Part shown: positions 1 to 12,902 of the stretch, in pieces
Position numbering within the stretch: position 1 is the stretch's first letter
How the letters are laid out: each line of letters starts with the position of its first letter
NCBI GenBank assembly: GCA_039545335.1
Contig: BCIN01000009.1
Location: 248,001 to 312,000, forward strand
Direction: 5' to 3'
Origin: Kondoa subrosea
Lineage: Eukaryota
DNA length: 64,000 nucleotides
The notes under the pieces: generated by a model
Told to the model about the DNA's origin: nothing
Seen by the model: only the letters and a program-made list of their open reading frames with translations
Databases searched by the model: none
Position numbers and translations under genes: made by a program

Positions 1-3000
1 TTCAAGCTAATGCTCGGGTCAACCATCCTTCCGATCTCCTTTCTCGTGGTCAGTCCGTAATGGTGAAAGTCATGTCTATCGCTGCTGGTCGAATAGGTCT
101 ATCAATGAAAGATGTCGATCAAGATTCGGGTCGAGATCTAACTCCTCATCTCCGCATCAAATCAGAAGCTGAACTAGCTGAAGAACAAGCTTCCCGTTTC
201 TCTTCCGGTACCAATTCAGGTCCATTAGGTCAAAGAGGATACGGAGGAGTAGCAAAAGCTCCAGTCAAGTTTGCAGACGATAATCGATCTTCAGCTAAAC
301 GTCTTACTTCACCCGAGCGATGGGAAATTAAACAACTCATCGCTTCCGGCGCTGCTTCTTTAGCTGATTATCCTAATTTGGATGAAGATTTCGCTACTCC
401 CAACGCTACTGAAGCAGATGAGGAACTAGATATTGAAGTCAGAGAAGATGAGGCACCTTTCTTAGCTGGTCAAGCTCGCAGGGCTTTGGACATTTCTCCA
501 GTTAAAATCATCAAAGCACCAGATGGAACTTTGAATAGGGCTGCTTTAGCTGGTGGTGCATTAGCTAAAGAAAGAAGGGAATTAAGACAGCAAGAAATGA
601 ATGATCAAGCGGATGCGGAAGATAAAGATTTGCAAACCCCTTGGCAAGATCCAATGGCTTCTGCTAGTGACAAGCAATTCGCTGCGGATCTCAGAGGACA
701 GAACCTGGGCAGGAAGAAATTGGATGATGGCCAACCATCATGGAAAGGAAACAAGAATCAGCCAGTCACCTTTGGTAAAATCACAAACCTTTCTATTGCT
801 GAACAGAGAAAGAGTTTGCCTATCTATCAGTATAGACAACAATTGGTCGAGGCTATTAGAGATGTGAGTGGAAAATTGATCAGCTTCGACCTTTCAGCGT
901 TGATGCTGATTTTGCGCGCCTCACAGAACCAAGTCATGGTCGTTGTCGGAGAAACTGGATCAGGAAAGACCACTCAAATGACTCAATATTTGGCTGAAGA
1001 AGGTTTCGCTGACCATGGTCGGATTGGATGCACTCAACCTCGTCGTGTAGCAGCCATGTCCGTTGCTAAACGTGTAGCTGAAGAAGTCGGTTGTCGTCTT
1101 GGTCAAGAGGTTGGTTACACAATTCGATTCGAAGATTGCACTACTCCTGAAACCAAAATCAAATATATGACTGATGGTATGTTACAAAGAGAAGCTCTGG
1201 TCGATCCGAATATGAGCCAATACTCTGTCATCATGATGGACGAAGCGCACGAACGCTCTATTCCCACTGATGTTCTTTTCGGTCTGATGAAGAGTGAGCA
1301 GCTTTGCCTCATTTGCGTATCAATACTGACTATTTTGCTCTAGAATCGCTGAAGAGAAGACCCGATCTCAAGCTCATTGTGACTTCAGCTACCATGGACG
1401 CCGAAAAGTTCGCCCGATACTTCGATGGTTGTCCTATCTTCAGTATTCCTGGTCGAACATATCCAGTCGAAACACTCTACTCTCGTGAACCAGAAAGTGA
1501 TTACCTCGACGCTGCACTAATCACAGTCATGCAAATTCATCTTTCCGAACCACCTGGCGACATCTTGCTTTTCCTGACTGGTGCAGAAGAAATCGATACG
1601 AGTGCTGAGATTCTCTTTGAACGAATGAAAGCCCTCGGTCCGCAAGTTCCGGAACTTCTCATCCTGCCTGTATATTCTGCTCTGCCTTCTGAAGTTCAGT
1701 CCAAGATTTTCGATCCAGCTCCTCCTGGTGCACGAAAAGTCGTCATTGCCACCAATATTGCCGAAACTTCCATCACTATTGATGGTATCTACTATGTCAT
1801 TGATCCCGGTTTCGTTAAGCAGAACGCGTATGATCCAAGACTCGGAATGGATTCGCTTGTGGTCGTCCCTATCTCGCAGGCTCAAGCAAGACAGCGCGCT
1901 GGTCGAGCAGGAAGGACTGGTCCTGGTAAATGTTACCGACTCTACACTGAAGCAGCTTATCGGAACGAAATGCTGCCGAATCCAATTCCCGATATCATGC
2001 GTGCCAATTTATCGCACACTATTCTTTTGCTCAAGGCTATGGGTATTAACGATCTCCTCAACTTCGACTTTATGGATCCTCCACCTCAGCAATCGATGGT
2101 CACTGCTTTGGAAGGGCTTTATGCTTTATCTGCCCTGGATGATGAAGGATTATTAACAAGGTTGGGCAGAAAGATGGCCGATTGTGAGTTGTGATCTTTG
2201 ACTGGAATCATAGATGCTGATACAGCTTGATAGTCCCTATGGAACCTCCCTTGGCGAAGATGTTGATTCTCTCAGTCGAATTGGGTTGTTCCGAAGAGAT
2301 TTTGACTATTGTTGCCATGCTCACTGCTGGAAATATCTTCTATCGACCTAAAGATAAGCAAGCTCAGGCCGATGCCAAAAAAGCCAAATTCCATCAACCT
2401 GAAGGTGATCATCTGACCCTGCTTCAAGTCTTCAACGGCTGGAAGAACAGCAAGTTCAGCAATCCGGTATGTTCTAGTTATGCTTTCTTGTACAGTCATT
2501 GATGCGATCAATAGTGGTGTCACGAGAATTATCTGCAGGCCCGAAGCATGAGAAGAGCTCAAGATGTTCGCAAGCAGTTGTTAGGTATTATGGAACGCTA
2601 CAAGCATGATATCGTGTCCTGTGGTCGCAACTTCAGTGAGTCTCCCCTTCTCTGCTGATCTGCGGGTTTGGGGCTAAAAAAGCTTACAGATCGTGTCCGC
2701 CGCGCGATCACTTCCGGTTACTTCAGGCATGCTGCCAAGAAAGATCCACAAGAGGGCTACAAGACGCTCGTGGAAGGCACTCCAGTCTTCATCCATCCTT
2801 CTTCTTCGCTTTTCAACAGACAACCTGAATGGCTGGTGTACCATGAATTGCTTCTGACCACTAAGGAATACTGTCGCGAAGTTACCGCTATTGAGCCAAA
2901 GTGGTTGACGGAAGTGGTGCGTGCGGTGTTCTTGACGCGTGCGTTGCTGACCCGAGTAGGCGCCGAACATGTTTAAAGTTTCGGATTCGTCTACTTTGTC

Positions 3001-3279
3001 AAAGAGGAAGAAGCAGGAGAAGATTCAGCCGCTGTTTGATAGGTGTGTATACTGTCTACGTGATTCAGATCTTTGCTGAAGTACGGAATGTAGATTCGCT
3101 CAAGATCAGGTATTTTTTAGATTACTCTTCCATCCGATATGTGCTGATCGTCGTTCTCGTCCAAAATCCAAGGATTCCTGGAGAATCTCGAAACAAAAGC
3201 GCTCTTCGCGTTCATCCCAGACGTATGTACTCGCATCTCAAAACATGTGAGCCAGACTGATCTCAAAAACAGATTTTAA
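1..3279 (+). CDS. PRP22: DEAH-box pre-mRNA splicing helicase Prp22 (multi-exon, 5' end outside window)
   Basis: End of S1 domain ([12 protein letters not shown]), [58 protein letters not shown]2/OB-fold exons; spliced C-terminus [18 protein letters not shown] ends at 3279. Confidence 0.96.
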
Positions 3280-3493
3280 ATATCATTTGGTTTTGGCAAA
3301 GTGTGATAGCATTATTATACAATTTTGTATTTCGTATGGGAGAACGCTCATTGTTGTCTGCATCCGATGTTACCTCTTGCGCGCCTCTGCCTTTATTCGT
3401 CACTGCAGACTTGTTTAGGTCTTGCACTACCGAGGTCACAACTGCTGCAGTATCTTATCAAGCCTTCGACCGTCTGCAGCACCACAATATAGC

Positions 3494-4394
3494 ATGGTGT
3501 TTCCTCTATCCTCTTCCATCCTGGTCTTCTCGCTCGTGCCCAAAGAACTCGCTATTTCCACTATAAACCGTTCGCTATCTAGCTAGGCTTGCCTCACTGC
3601 TCTGACTCAAGCACACTGCAGAAATCTTGGATACGGCTGCTGAACAATCTTCACCTGATCTGGTCTGGAACATCGCGAACAAGTACTACAAAAGCAGAGT
3701 CAAGTTCTTGCCTTTCTATGACTTGGATAAAGCTGGGAATCAAGGGAAAGATTGTCCTGCTGTGTTAGTACTTACGGATAAGAAGGTGCGTTAGAGCTAC
3801 TGCAGGTCAAACGCTCAAAACTGATGTCGAAAGGACAGTCTTTCGATGCTTCGTGTTTGGCTCGACTGGCCTCTGAGGATCGGGATGTCGCTCTGGTCTA
3901 CTCTCTGGATCTACTAGCACCGGAAGAAGAGGAAAAGATTATTGATGCTTGCTTAGAGCACGGGTTTGAATTCGTCAATTTCAGCTCAGACTCATCTGAG
4001 GAAGACAGTGGTCAGTCATTGCTCCTCTTTGTGATAAGCATCATCTCATCCATAATGTACAGGAGCGGAAGGTATTGATCGCGTAAAGGAAGCTTTGCAA
4101 ACACATATTTGGCCAACGCATGAAGATGAACCAGAACTACATGACACTTCTCTTCCAAACTCTTCTTCGGTCAGATCATCGATACCGCAAGGGTCTCTTA
4201 GTGACTTTGATGACGATTTCTCGCCATTCGCTTCGGGAGGAGAAGGGGATGAGGACCTGGATGACTTTGAATCGTTGTCATCGATGTTAGCTCAAATGAA
4301 AGGATTGAAGGAACATGCCGATGGGTTAGATAGGGAAGCAAGGCTTGACTTCGCTGAAAAGATAGCCACGCAATTCAGCTCCAAGTTCAAATGA
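3494..4394 (+). CDS. Alpha/gamma-adaptin-binding protein p34 (AAGAB/Irc6-like), 4 exons
   Basis: WNIANKYYKSRV, CLEHGFEFV, EGIDRVKEALQTHIWP and C-terminal FESLSSMLAQMKGLKEHADGLDREARLDFAEKIA match recalled p34/Irc6 motifs. Confidence 0.8.
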
Positions 4395-4650
4395 TGATGA
4401 TGTTTGACTTGAACTGTCATACAAGTGTACTATTTATGCATATCCATCCTACATCATCTTACACTGCCTTCCTTTGACATGCCTTGTCACTGCATGGACC
4501 TTCCAAGTCGTTCTCGAGCACTCGAGTCTTTCTTCTTTCTATATGCCCGCTTTTTCTTCAGGCTAACTTTCCTCGAGGCAAAGTAGAGGGGCCATGCAGC
4601 GCTTTCAGCCTTCTCTCTGCTCTCGCTAAGACAGCCATCATCCTCTCTGA

Positions 4651-6545
4651 ATGCCTGCGAAAGCGATGTCCAGGGTTGGCTCGAAAGATACTTTTGGTCA
4701 ATTGCGAGCTACCAGACGCAGGATGACTGTGGACATCGAAGAGGATGTGCAGTCCTTAATATCAGAACTGGGAGATGAGGAAGCCAGGTCAGTGCAAGAA
4801 CGCGGTCGTGCTCGTGCTCATCGCATCGAGTCTGACCCGTCAGTCTTGTAATTTGTTTGGCTGACAACACACTTTGTACATGTACAGACGAATGCTGGCT
4901 TCTCTTCTCATCTCCAACAAAAGGTCGCAACAAGATACAGTTGCACCAGTTCCTTCTTCAGTCTCATCCTTTCCTACATCAAAGCGTAGCAGTCTCTCAA
5001 CGCGAAACTCTTTAGCAAGCAGAAAGTCACAAAGAATCTCTTTTCCTATATCCCTACCTCCTACTTCATCCCTTCCAGCTCTGCCAGCGAACTTGTTCAT
5101 GGCATCAAACGCTCTACAGCGGCCAGCAACAGCTGATTCATGCTTGTCCGATATCGACGAGTTCCCGGTAGCTGTCGCAACTGGTGAGCTCAGTCCATCT
5201 ACATTCAATTTCCTCGATCAAGATCCACCTCAACTCAATTTCGAGACGCGCACAACTTTCTCACTTTCTTCTATATTCCCAACTCCTCCCTCAAGTGTTC
5301 GTCGCGGCAGTATAGCAACAAATTCTCCTTCTGTTCTAGCTCAAAGAAACTCTGCAATATTCAAATATAGTCCTGATGGCAAGAAGAAGCCTGGAAATAG
5401 TTCTTCACCTGATTGGCGTCAAGCTCTTTCACCTGAACCTGCTCTATCAATGGGCTCTTCTAGGTCTTCTATCAACGAAATACCAACTCCTGATTGTAAT
5501 GCTATATCGCAATTTGCTCTGCAAATGGGTATAGAGGATGATGTGAGCCAATTCTTGTTCGAGGGATGTGCATATCTGACCCGTGATCTCTCAGATGATG
5601 ACAGACTCTCATCTTCGCGAACTTTGGCTCGGCGAACTAAATATGAACGATCAAGAGGAAGACAACGCCCAGATTATTGACTATGCTGGCAGCGTGAATC
5701 TTTCTTTACCTTCAGCTGGTCTCTCTGCAAGTCTTTCTCGAGTACCTTCAACAAGAGATAGAATTTCAATGGGTCGAGCCAAGCGCAATTCTGTGCTAAA
5801 GAATCATCGATCATTTCTCAGCCTGGGTTCTATCAGCGACTCTTCTTCTCAATCAGACGAATGGCATTCACCTTTAGAAGAAAGTTGTTCTCGTTTCCCT
5901 TCCTCCAATCGATATTCCCCTCCTAGATCAAGGCAATTGTCCAGACAATCTTCTTTCGCAAATACCGCTTCTCAATCCTTCGGCTCAAACTCTCGAAACA
6001 GTCAAACTGCAGATTACGCATTTGCTTTTGCTGCTCCTGAGAAATCAGCAACTCCAAAAGATATGACACCAGTTCAAGAACGTGAAGAGTTCCTACCCGT
6101 TTCTACTGCATCAAACGCATCATATTTCAATGAAGAAGAAGTTACTTTAACTCATCCTTTCAATGGAAGAGAATCAAGAAATAAGAAACATTCTGCTCCT
6201 CCTTCTCTTTCATCATCAGCGAACAAACCTCTTTCTATCCGAATCTTATCAACTGAATCGCCTACTTGCGATTTGAGCTATCTGGGTAGTGAAAGTACCG
6301 GTTCACCTCGAAGTAGTATAGAACCCAGCAAAAGAAGATTAGCACCAAGAAAATCATTCGCTAACCTTTTTAAAAGATCTGAAGATTCGCTGGCTACAAT
6401 GACGGAAAATAAAGTTGCACCAGCTACTATGGGAGCGCAAGCGGGAAAGAGCTTCAAAATGGACGATAGATTGGAAGTGGCCATGCCTGTCAACAAAGAA
6501 TCATCGAAAAGGGGAAACGCTTTGGCTTTCTGGAAGAAGAAGTAA
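4651..6545 (+). CDS. Ser-rich low-complexity hypothetical protein (about 3 exons)
   Basis: ORFs 4651-4851, 4874-5680 and 5583-6545 can be joined by GT-AG introns near 4840-4886 and 5543-5594; no recognised domain. Confidence 0.65.
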
Positions 6546-6674
6546 ATGGTCATGGACTTTCGTTATCTATGCTATGTTCAGTTACGTTTTTCTGTTGTGT
6601 ATGGGTTATAGATAGATTGGGGTAGACCGTGTTATGATAAAATATGCTAGTTCCGCTCTTTGCAAAAAGAGCGC

Positions 6675-7530
6675 CAGGTGAAAGTGGTTTGATTTGAGGA
6701 ACTATGATTTCGATAAGTCGTCGAGAAAGCATCTCGTTCGTGGCTGTGATGGAGTCAGATGAGGCGATTGCGGGTTTTTGTGGTACAGCTTCCAACTGCG
6801 CCAGATCGTTCCAAGGGATTGAACGGCCGCTAGAAATTGCACTGGTCCAACACAAGCGATTCGGAAAGGTTCATCGATCTTTGGTTCGCTCGCTACATGA
6901 CTTGAAGGAGAAGCTATACTAAGAGCGGGCATGCTGAGTACCGCCTGATGCAGATCTTCGTCTTGCAGGCATTCTGGAAAGTTGTATCGAACTGCTTGCG
7001 CGAGACGAGAGGTGTCGATAGTGATTTCGACCAAGACGTAAAGCGCTCTTATCGTCGTGCTGTCGATAGAGACCGTGAAAGCGCCATCAGCACACCTCTT
7101 CGAATCTTCGTGTTTTGGATCAATGAGCTCACTGAGGCAAAATGACCATAATGCACCAGCATATCGCAACCTAGAGCCCTCGTTGTGTAGTCGTCTACGC
7201 AGCAAGCGCCATAAGTCACGTCGCCGGAGACAATTGCTTCAGCTTCTATGAATTGTTCGACCAAATCAACCAGAGCGCTCATGGAGAGCCCTTCTGGTAT
7301 TTGCAAGGCCACTCGCTGAATAGCATACTTTATGACCTGCCAGATCGTCTTGTGAATCTCGAACGAATTTGAAGGCAAACTGCAGCTATAGCTCGATTCA
7401 AGAGGTCGTCATTCAAGAGAGCTGTTGGAATTTGATCCACGGGCACAGTATTGCTGTTCTGGGCTCTTGCGCCGCGTTCAGAGGGCTTGGTTCGCCCTCA
7501 CCGTAAACCGTTTTCGAGGCTTCTCCTTCT
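6675..7530 (-). pseudogene. DPH1: Truncated, decayed copy of diphthamide synthase subunit DPH1 (5' half only)
   Basis: KPRKRF...QIP...[57 protein letters not shown]; frameshifts near 7380 and 6810, small deletions; homology stops at KPLSPG where EILGCT would follow. Confidence 0.85.
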
Positions 7531-7938
7531 GTCGTATTCTTCGTCGTTTCGCTCAAAAGAGCAGGGGCTGATATCTTCCTGCGTGGGCTGTCATCAATGA
7601 ATATTGTTAAAAGCGTAATCAGCTAGATTTTGCTTCCTTAAGCTTGCACGGCATGTCAGCTTTTACTTCAAGCTTCAAGCTTGCCATGTTGGTCCCGAAG
7701 CTTCAGAAACTCTATAGATTGCTGGTCAATCTTGCTGGCTTGCTCTCTCAACTATGAAAGGGACGGCTTTCGATCAATTCAACCTTCCAGTGATTCTTCT
7801 TCTTTCCCTCCCTCAACGACTGTTCTCCTGAAATACCATCATACTCTGATCTTCCTTCTAGCTCTCTATCTGTAGTACGTGTATCTCTCAAGTAGCGGCC
7901 CCATCTATTCTGAATCGTTCATTACAGCTACCCCAGAC

Positions 7939-9654
7939 ATGACTTCAGCTCTCGCCAAAACGAAAACTTCCGTCGCAGCTCAGGTAAATGAATGTCATAC
8001 ATATGTATCGTCAAAGCCTATCGATTACGATATGATTACGACAAATAAGGTTATCATTCATCTCTTCACCTTTGTCTCGAAAATGATTCCATTCCTTGTA
8101 CAGGTCGAAGCTACGACCAACTTCGATGCTGACCTTCTGAGCTCCGTGCTGCATCGATTCGATGAAATTGTCATTGGTATAATGAAGGACCCGTTGGGCT
8201 CCGTTAAAGACATCAAAAGCTCTCATGCGAGTAAACTCAAGGCCGCAGGCGAGAAGATCAAATCCAGTGCTTCCGTCGCCAAGGTAACGATTGGATACCT
8301 CATAGACCTCTTTGGCAGCGCGGAACACGGAGCTCTCGCCGCCCTGGACTTTACAACAACGAAGGATTGGGCCAGATGGCAGCAATCGGATGCGTCTGAT
8401 TTGTTGAATCTCGCGAACTTGATAGACTCCTGGCTTGCGGCGTATGAAGTAGCTCGGATCCCGACGGCAGATCTGGTTAATCCGCTTGCCAGACTTTTGA
8501 CAAGTGCCAAAGAGCTAAACAGCATACGCTACGGGGCCGTTTCTGCACATTTGGATGCTTCCAAAGACAAGCAGCCTTTCAGTATAGGTCGAATACTTTG
8601 GCTTTGGATGCATTTAGATTGTGAGCTGTCACCAATAGTAGCGTCGCGGTCTAATCATGCGCTATATGTAGTACATGACTTCCTGGGTATAACGGAGGTC
8701 AAATCGGCGCTTGTATTCTTGCAAAACTTTCGCAAGATAACAATAGGACAGAAGATTGCGGAAGAAGTCACCCGATGCCTTTACCTTGCTTGCATCGAAG
8801 TTGGTCGCATGCAGCGTGTTCTTATGCTCAGTCGAAAGGAGCCCGGGAAACTCTCGCCAACGCAAATCGACTATCATCTTCGAGCCTGGACGTCAAGCAA
8901 AGACACATGGTCGCACGACCCGATCATCGCTGCAGATTGGAAGCAAATTGAAGCAAATTGTCCTAAGGCGGTCGTAGAAAAATTGCGAGGTTATGAGTCC
9001 AGCATTTTTTCCGAAACAGGCAACTCGATTCTGAATGGCGCGGCAGTCATTCGTTCGTTTTATGCGTAAAACACCGATGTTGTGCTGATACTGATTTGAC
9101 AGTGAAACTACGCGCGACAAAGAACTTGCACACCTTTAATCAAGATATCAAACCCATCACAGCCGCTATATACAGAGGTGAGCCTGATCAGGCCGCTGAA
9201 ATTAAGCTTATGCATGACATCAGGTGTGTCAAACGGTAATCTTCGGCAAGCAGGTCAGTGGTTGGTCATTGAGCGAGTTCGGGAACTGACGAATCATTCA
9301 GCAAGAGTGCGACCTCAAGCTGTTGATCATCTGGCATCAAGTAAAGCGCACGATATTCGGACCAATGGATTTCTGGTAGAACCTGGAAATAGCATTGCTC
9401 AACGACCGCCTGTGCCGTTTTACGGTAGGCTGTGTTCCGATATCGGCAAATTCAGAGCTGAGCCTCCTTCTAGTAACTAAGACGTACGGAAAAGAACATG
9501 TTCGCTTTTGAAGTTCTCATTTGGTAGCCTATCTGAAGCTTTTGACCTACAGATCTTCTTCGACTTCCCTGTCATCGCTCGCACGCCAGGCCCGCCTTAC
9601 AAGGAGCCAGTCATAGCTCGAACACCTTTGAAGGCGCCTTCTCACCATGCTTAA
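7939..9654 (+). CDS. Orphan, probably helical protein; one long exon plus five short 3' exons
   Basis: ORF 7879-9069 (ATG 7939) continues in frame across five GT-AG introns starting ~9054, 9178, 9254, 9425 and 9500 to ...KEPVIARTPLKAPSHHA* at 9654; no motif recognised. Confidence 0.75.
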
Positions 9655-9792
9655 AGCAAGCTCACGGGGCTGCGAAACCTTTCGAAAGAGTTGTAGCTAG
9701 ATGTTCTTACAATCAAATATATGTCATTGTTTAGGCAAATGTCTCGCATTAGCGAAGATTTGGCTGAGATACGTATAGGCTCGCTCCTAGTG

Positions 9793-10110
9793 CCAAATCT
9801 ATCTAGATACAGTATCCCAAAGCGTGCTTTGTGTGTTGTAGTAGAAGCGACTTGAGCTAGAGCCAATGTCAAATTGACTGTATGCCTTTCGCATGAGCCT
9901 GGCACTCGATTGAGGGTTTGAAAGCATACCACTGATTGTACTTTTGCCTACTCCTCCCTTTCCACTAGCACAAATGACAATCTTCTTAACACCAAGAATC
10001 CGACGTTTCGTAGACAGTCCCCTTTGAGCTCGTGGTATGATTGGTCGAATCTGCGATCCTACAGAAGTATCTCCTACTGCTGTTCGCTGCGCTTGTCGCT
10101 CTCTCATTCG
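9793..10110 (-). pseudogene. IND1: 5' fragment of mitochondrial Mrp/NBP35-family Fe-S ATPase Ind1/NUBPL
   Basis: PRAQRGLSTKRRILGVKKIVICASGKGGVGKSTIS, intron, VNLTLALA...GILYLDRFG (expected GILDLDIFGP); homology ends there. Confidence 0.8.
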
Positions 10111-10169
10111 GATTAGATCTGGTCTGGCAAGCATTTCGTGTACAGCATTTCCGGTGCTCTGTCAGTGCA

Positions 10170-10612
10170 AAGCAGGTTCTTCCATGCACAGATATCGATT
10201 TCCTTTGGAATTAGTAGCTTGAGTCATGGACCTCGTCTTCGCAAAAGGAGTATAAGCAGTCTTCAGATTCTCTGTATCTTTACTTTGACAAAACGAAGCT
10301 GCCTTTCTCGAATTGGAATTTGAAGGCTTGTTGGATTTCTTCAATAATGGTCTGTTTGAACCTTCGCGAGCGACAGAACAAGAAAGGGAAACTTGCGAAA
10401 CGCCATACAAAGCTTCTGCGTCTTTTTAGAGATGCTTTAGGCGTCAAGATCACACCTATGCTTTGTGATCAGTTTGCCGGTGAATGGGAACGATGCGAAA
10501 AGAACGAATGGCTTATGCTACGGAAGTGGAAGGGTTGAGGAAGATGAATGCGCAATTGAGCATGCATGTGAGGAAATTGGATACGAGCTTCGCTCAGACT
10601 AATGAGGAGCAT
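10170..10612 (+). pseudogene. Internal fragment of Rab-GAP TBC plus coiled-coil gene (Gyp5-like)
   Basis: YRFPLELVA*VMDLVFAKGV*AVFRFSVSLL*QNE...LEFEGLLDFFNNGLFEP, then RDALGVKITPMLCDQFAGEWE, then EVEGLRKMNAQLSMHVRKLDTSFAQTNEEH; three stops and two frameshifts. Confidence 0.75.
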
Positions 10613-10668
10613 GTAAGTAATTTTCATTTGACAGCAATGATTAGATTGAATGTTGCGCCATTTTGCGG

Positions 10669-12381
10669 TTATTGTTGAGCAATGTCACCATTGCATGCGT
10701 ACCTTTGATCGCGCTCGCCGCCAGATATAATTTGGGAGCGAGTCCTGGGGTATGTCGCCGAGACCGTCCTGCGAATGTTATATCTCAGCCAACCAAACAT
10801 ATGCGCTGCGTAAAGTTCCCTCACCTGATACGCGTATTGACACGCAAACCGCGCTACATCTGCCGATGGGTCCGTTATCACCATTCTACCGAAACGCATA
10901 TCGTATCCGAGGAACGGAACCGCGTAAGATGCGCCGCTCGAGATAATTTCGACTTGAATGTGCTGAACAGTCTGCATGGTGTCCGCAAATCCATGGAGAA
11001 ACAGCTTTAGACATGCTCTGCAGCTTTCAACATCCCACGTGTCGCCTTCCTGACGCCCCTTAGGAGCGTCTCGGTAAATTCGAAGCTGCACTTGAATCTC
11101 GACGATGGATTTCGTTTGGCAGAGATGTCGCACGAGATTATATCCTTGCGGCGAAAGCGGCGGAATGCGCCAGATTGAGAGCTTCCGGAGAGGTATAGCA
11201 TGTATAGCCTGAATAAAGGCTTTCAAAGATTCTTCGACAAAGATGTCTCCGTCGATTTTCAGGATCCTAAGCTCTGGGAAGTGAGCGAAGAATAAGCACC
11301 AAAATTGACTATATTGATATGTGATGGCTTCGTAATCCAGAACGCAGCCTTTCAGTGTCAGCGATTGCAAGTTATGGCAGATCGGAAGATAATCTTGCAG
11401 AGCTTCCCTCCCAAGCAGATAGTGTCCTTCATCATAGACCAACTGTCCTAAATCCAAATTTCCTACTGCCAACACTTGGATCGTCTTAGCGCAACTTTCA
11501 AGAAGTTTTAGTGTTAGTCTATTGATGTCCTCTTCCCGATCTTCACAACTTGATAAACTTATGATCTGAAGCCGAGCCAAAGCTGATGGCTGCACGACCA
11601 ATGACAATAGAGCAGAGAATGGCACAGTCAATTGCAATTCCCGTATGGAAGCAAGTTCAGCGAATTTCCGGAAAGGCGACAGATCGACATCATCTTGCGA
11701 CATAGATTGCGTCCATGGCCGAAAGATGAAGGTACGTAGAAGGGGAAAGTCTATCGGCTCCAGATGTGTCGCGTTCGGCCAGGTATCAACCTCAATCTCT
11801 TGCCAGTCGAAAACACTATCGAGAGTAATTTCAAGTGATTCGAGCCATCGGACTCTTATCATGACTGTTACGCTGAGCTGCACAAAAGCTGCCATCTCCC
11901 TTTCAAGTTGCTCGAGGCGAAAGTGGAATGAATGAAAGGGCCACAAGGAATCGCCAGACGGACGAGCTCTATTGTCTCCTTGTTGGGAGGATGATTCTTC
12001 CTCCGCTTCCAAAGGAATCCAAGCAGGCTTGAGGTGCCAAACAAGGGTTTTCACGAATTTACAATACGATGGATTCCTAACCAGAGTATCGAGAAATTTG
12101 GTATTGCGAAGTAATTGATCACATCTCAAGGTAAATGAGCTGTACAACTGACTCGGGGGTGTCAGTCTGAAAGCATTAGGCCTGTATTTGTGCTTACCAG
12201 AGGCAGACTTATGCGATACAGGCGCTTGGAACTTCGGCCAATTCGATTCAATGTGTGCTGCCCTTCACAATCATAGTGCACCTCTTGCAATATCTGCTCC
12301 AGTGTTTCATCCGCCAAAGAGTTCAATGAAGCTATAGGTCATTAGAGCGGCTCGAATGGTACAAAGATGCAACTCACACAT
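10669..12381 (-). CDS. F-box-like / LRR (RNI-like) protein, paralog 1
   Basis: Spliced N-terminus MSSLNSLADETLEQILQEV...LYRISLPLLY is F-box-like; LxxLxL repeats (LESLEI, IRELQL, LQSLTL, LRILKI, LRKLSI); stop at 10669, or 10685 if a 3' intron is spliced. Confidence 0.7.
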
Positions 12382-12902
12382 GACGATAGACAGTACTATT
12401 AGGGAACAATCACAGGGCACAAGCTCTAGTTGTGAAAGAGTATAGTGTCTCTAAGCGGAGTCGGAAAGGATGAGCTAAATAGGCAGCGGAAGCCAAGGAC
12501 CTGATGAGCCGCTGAAGAGCGCTGAGCTTGCTCTGCTGCACCAATGTCCGTCCGTCGTCGTATACAGCCTTCGAGACTTTGTAAACACTGGCAGAAAGCA
12601 AACACTGGCAAAGACATCGAAAGCCTATTGCCTGTAGTCAGGACAGATGGCACTTGTTCGCGATTCATTCTCTTTACAATGTGATGAATTTTTTCGCAGC
12701 ACATCAAGTGTATGCCCGAGTTAGACGGATTAGTACAGACATCTTTTTGCTGCAATACAAGCCTAGCAGTGCGCATACACTGGCACCTATTTTGTACCTT
12801 CGCGATGAAATTGATGCAACAGCATCAGAGAAGCGTTTTGACAAGAAGAGACAGAACTGCTAACCTTGACATCATAAATAGCCTGCACACAAGAATTCGA
12901 GT

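Noticed and set aside
7879..9069. Apparently intronless ORF suggesting viral or horizontal origin
   Set aside because: The gene continues through five canonical in-frame introns
6675..10110. DPH1 and IND1 both being Fe-S related, suggesting a functional cluster
   Set aside because: Both are broken fragments from different compartments, and the third fragment is unrelated
12583..12613. Short direct repeat AAACACTGGCA x2
   Set aside because: Two copies only; not an array or recognisable target-site duplication
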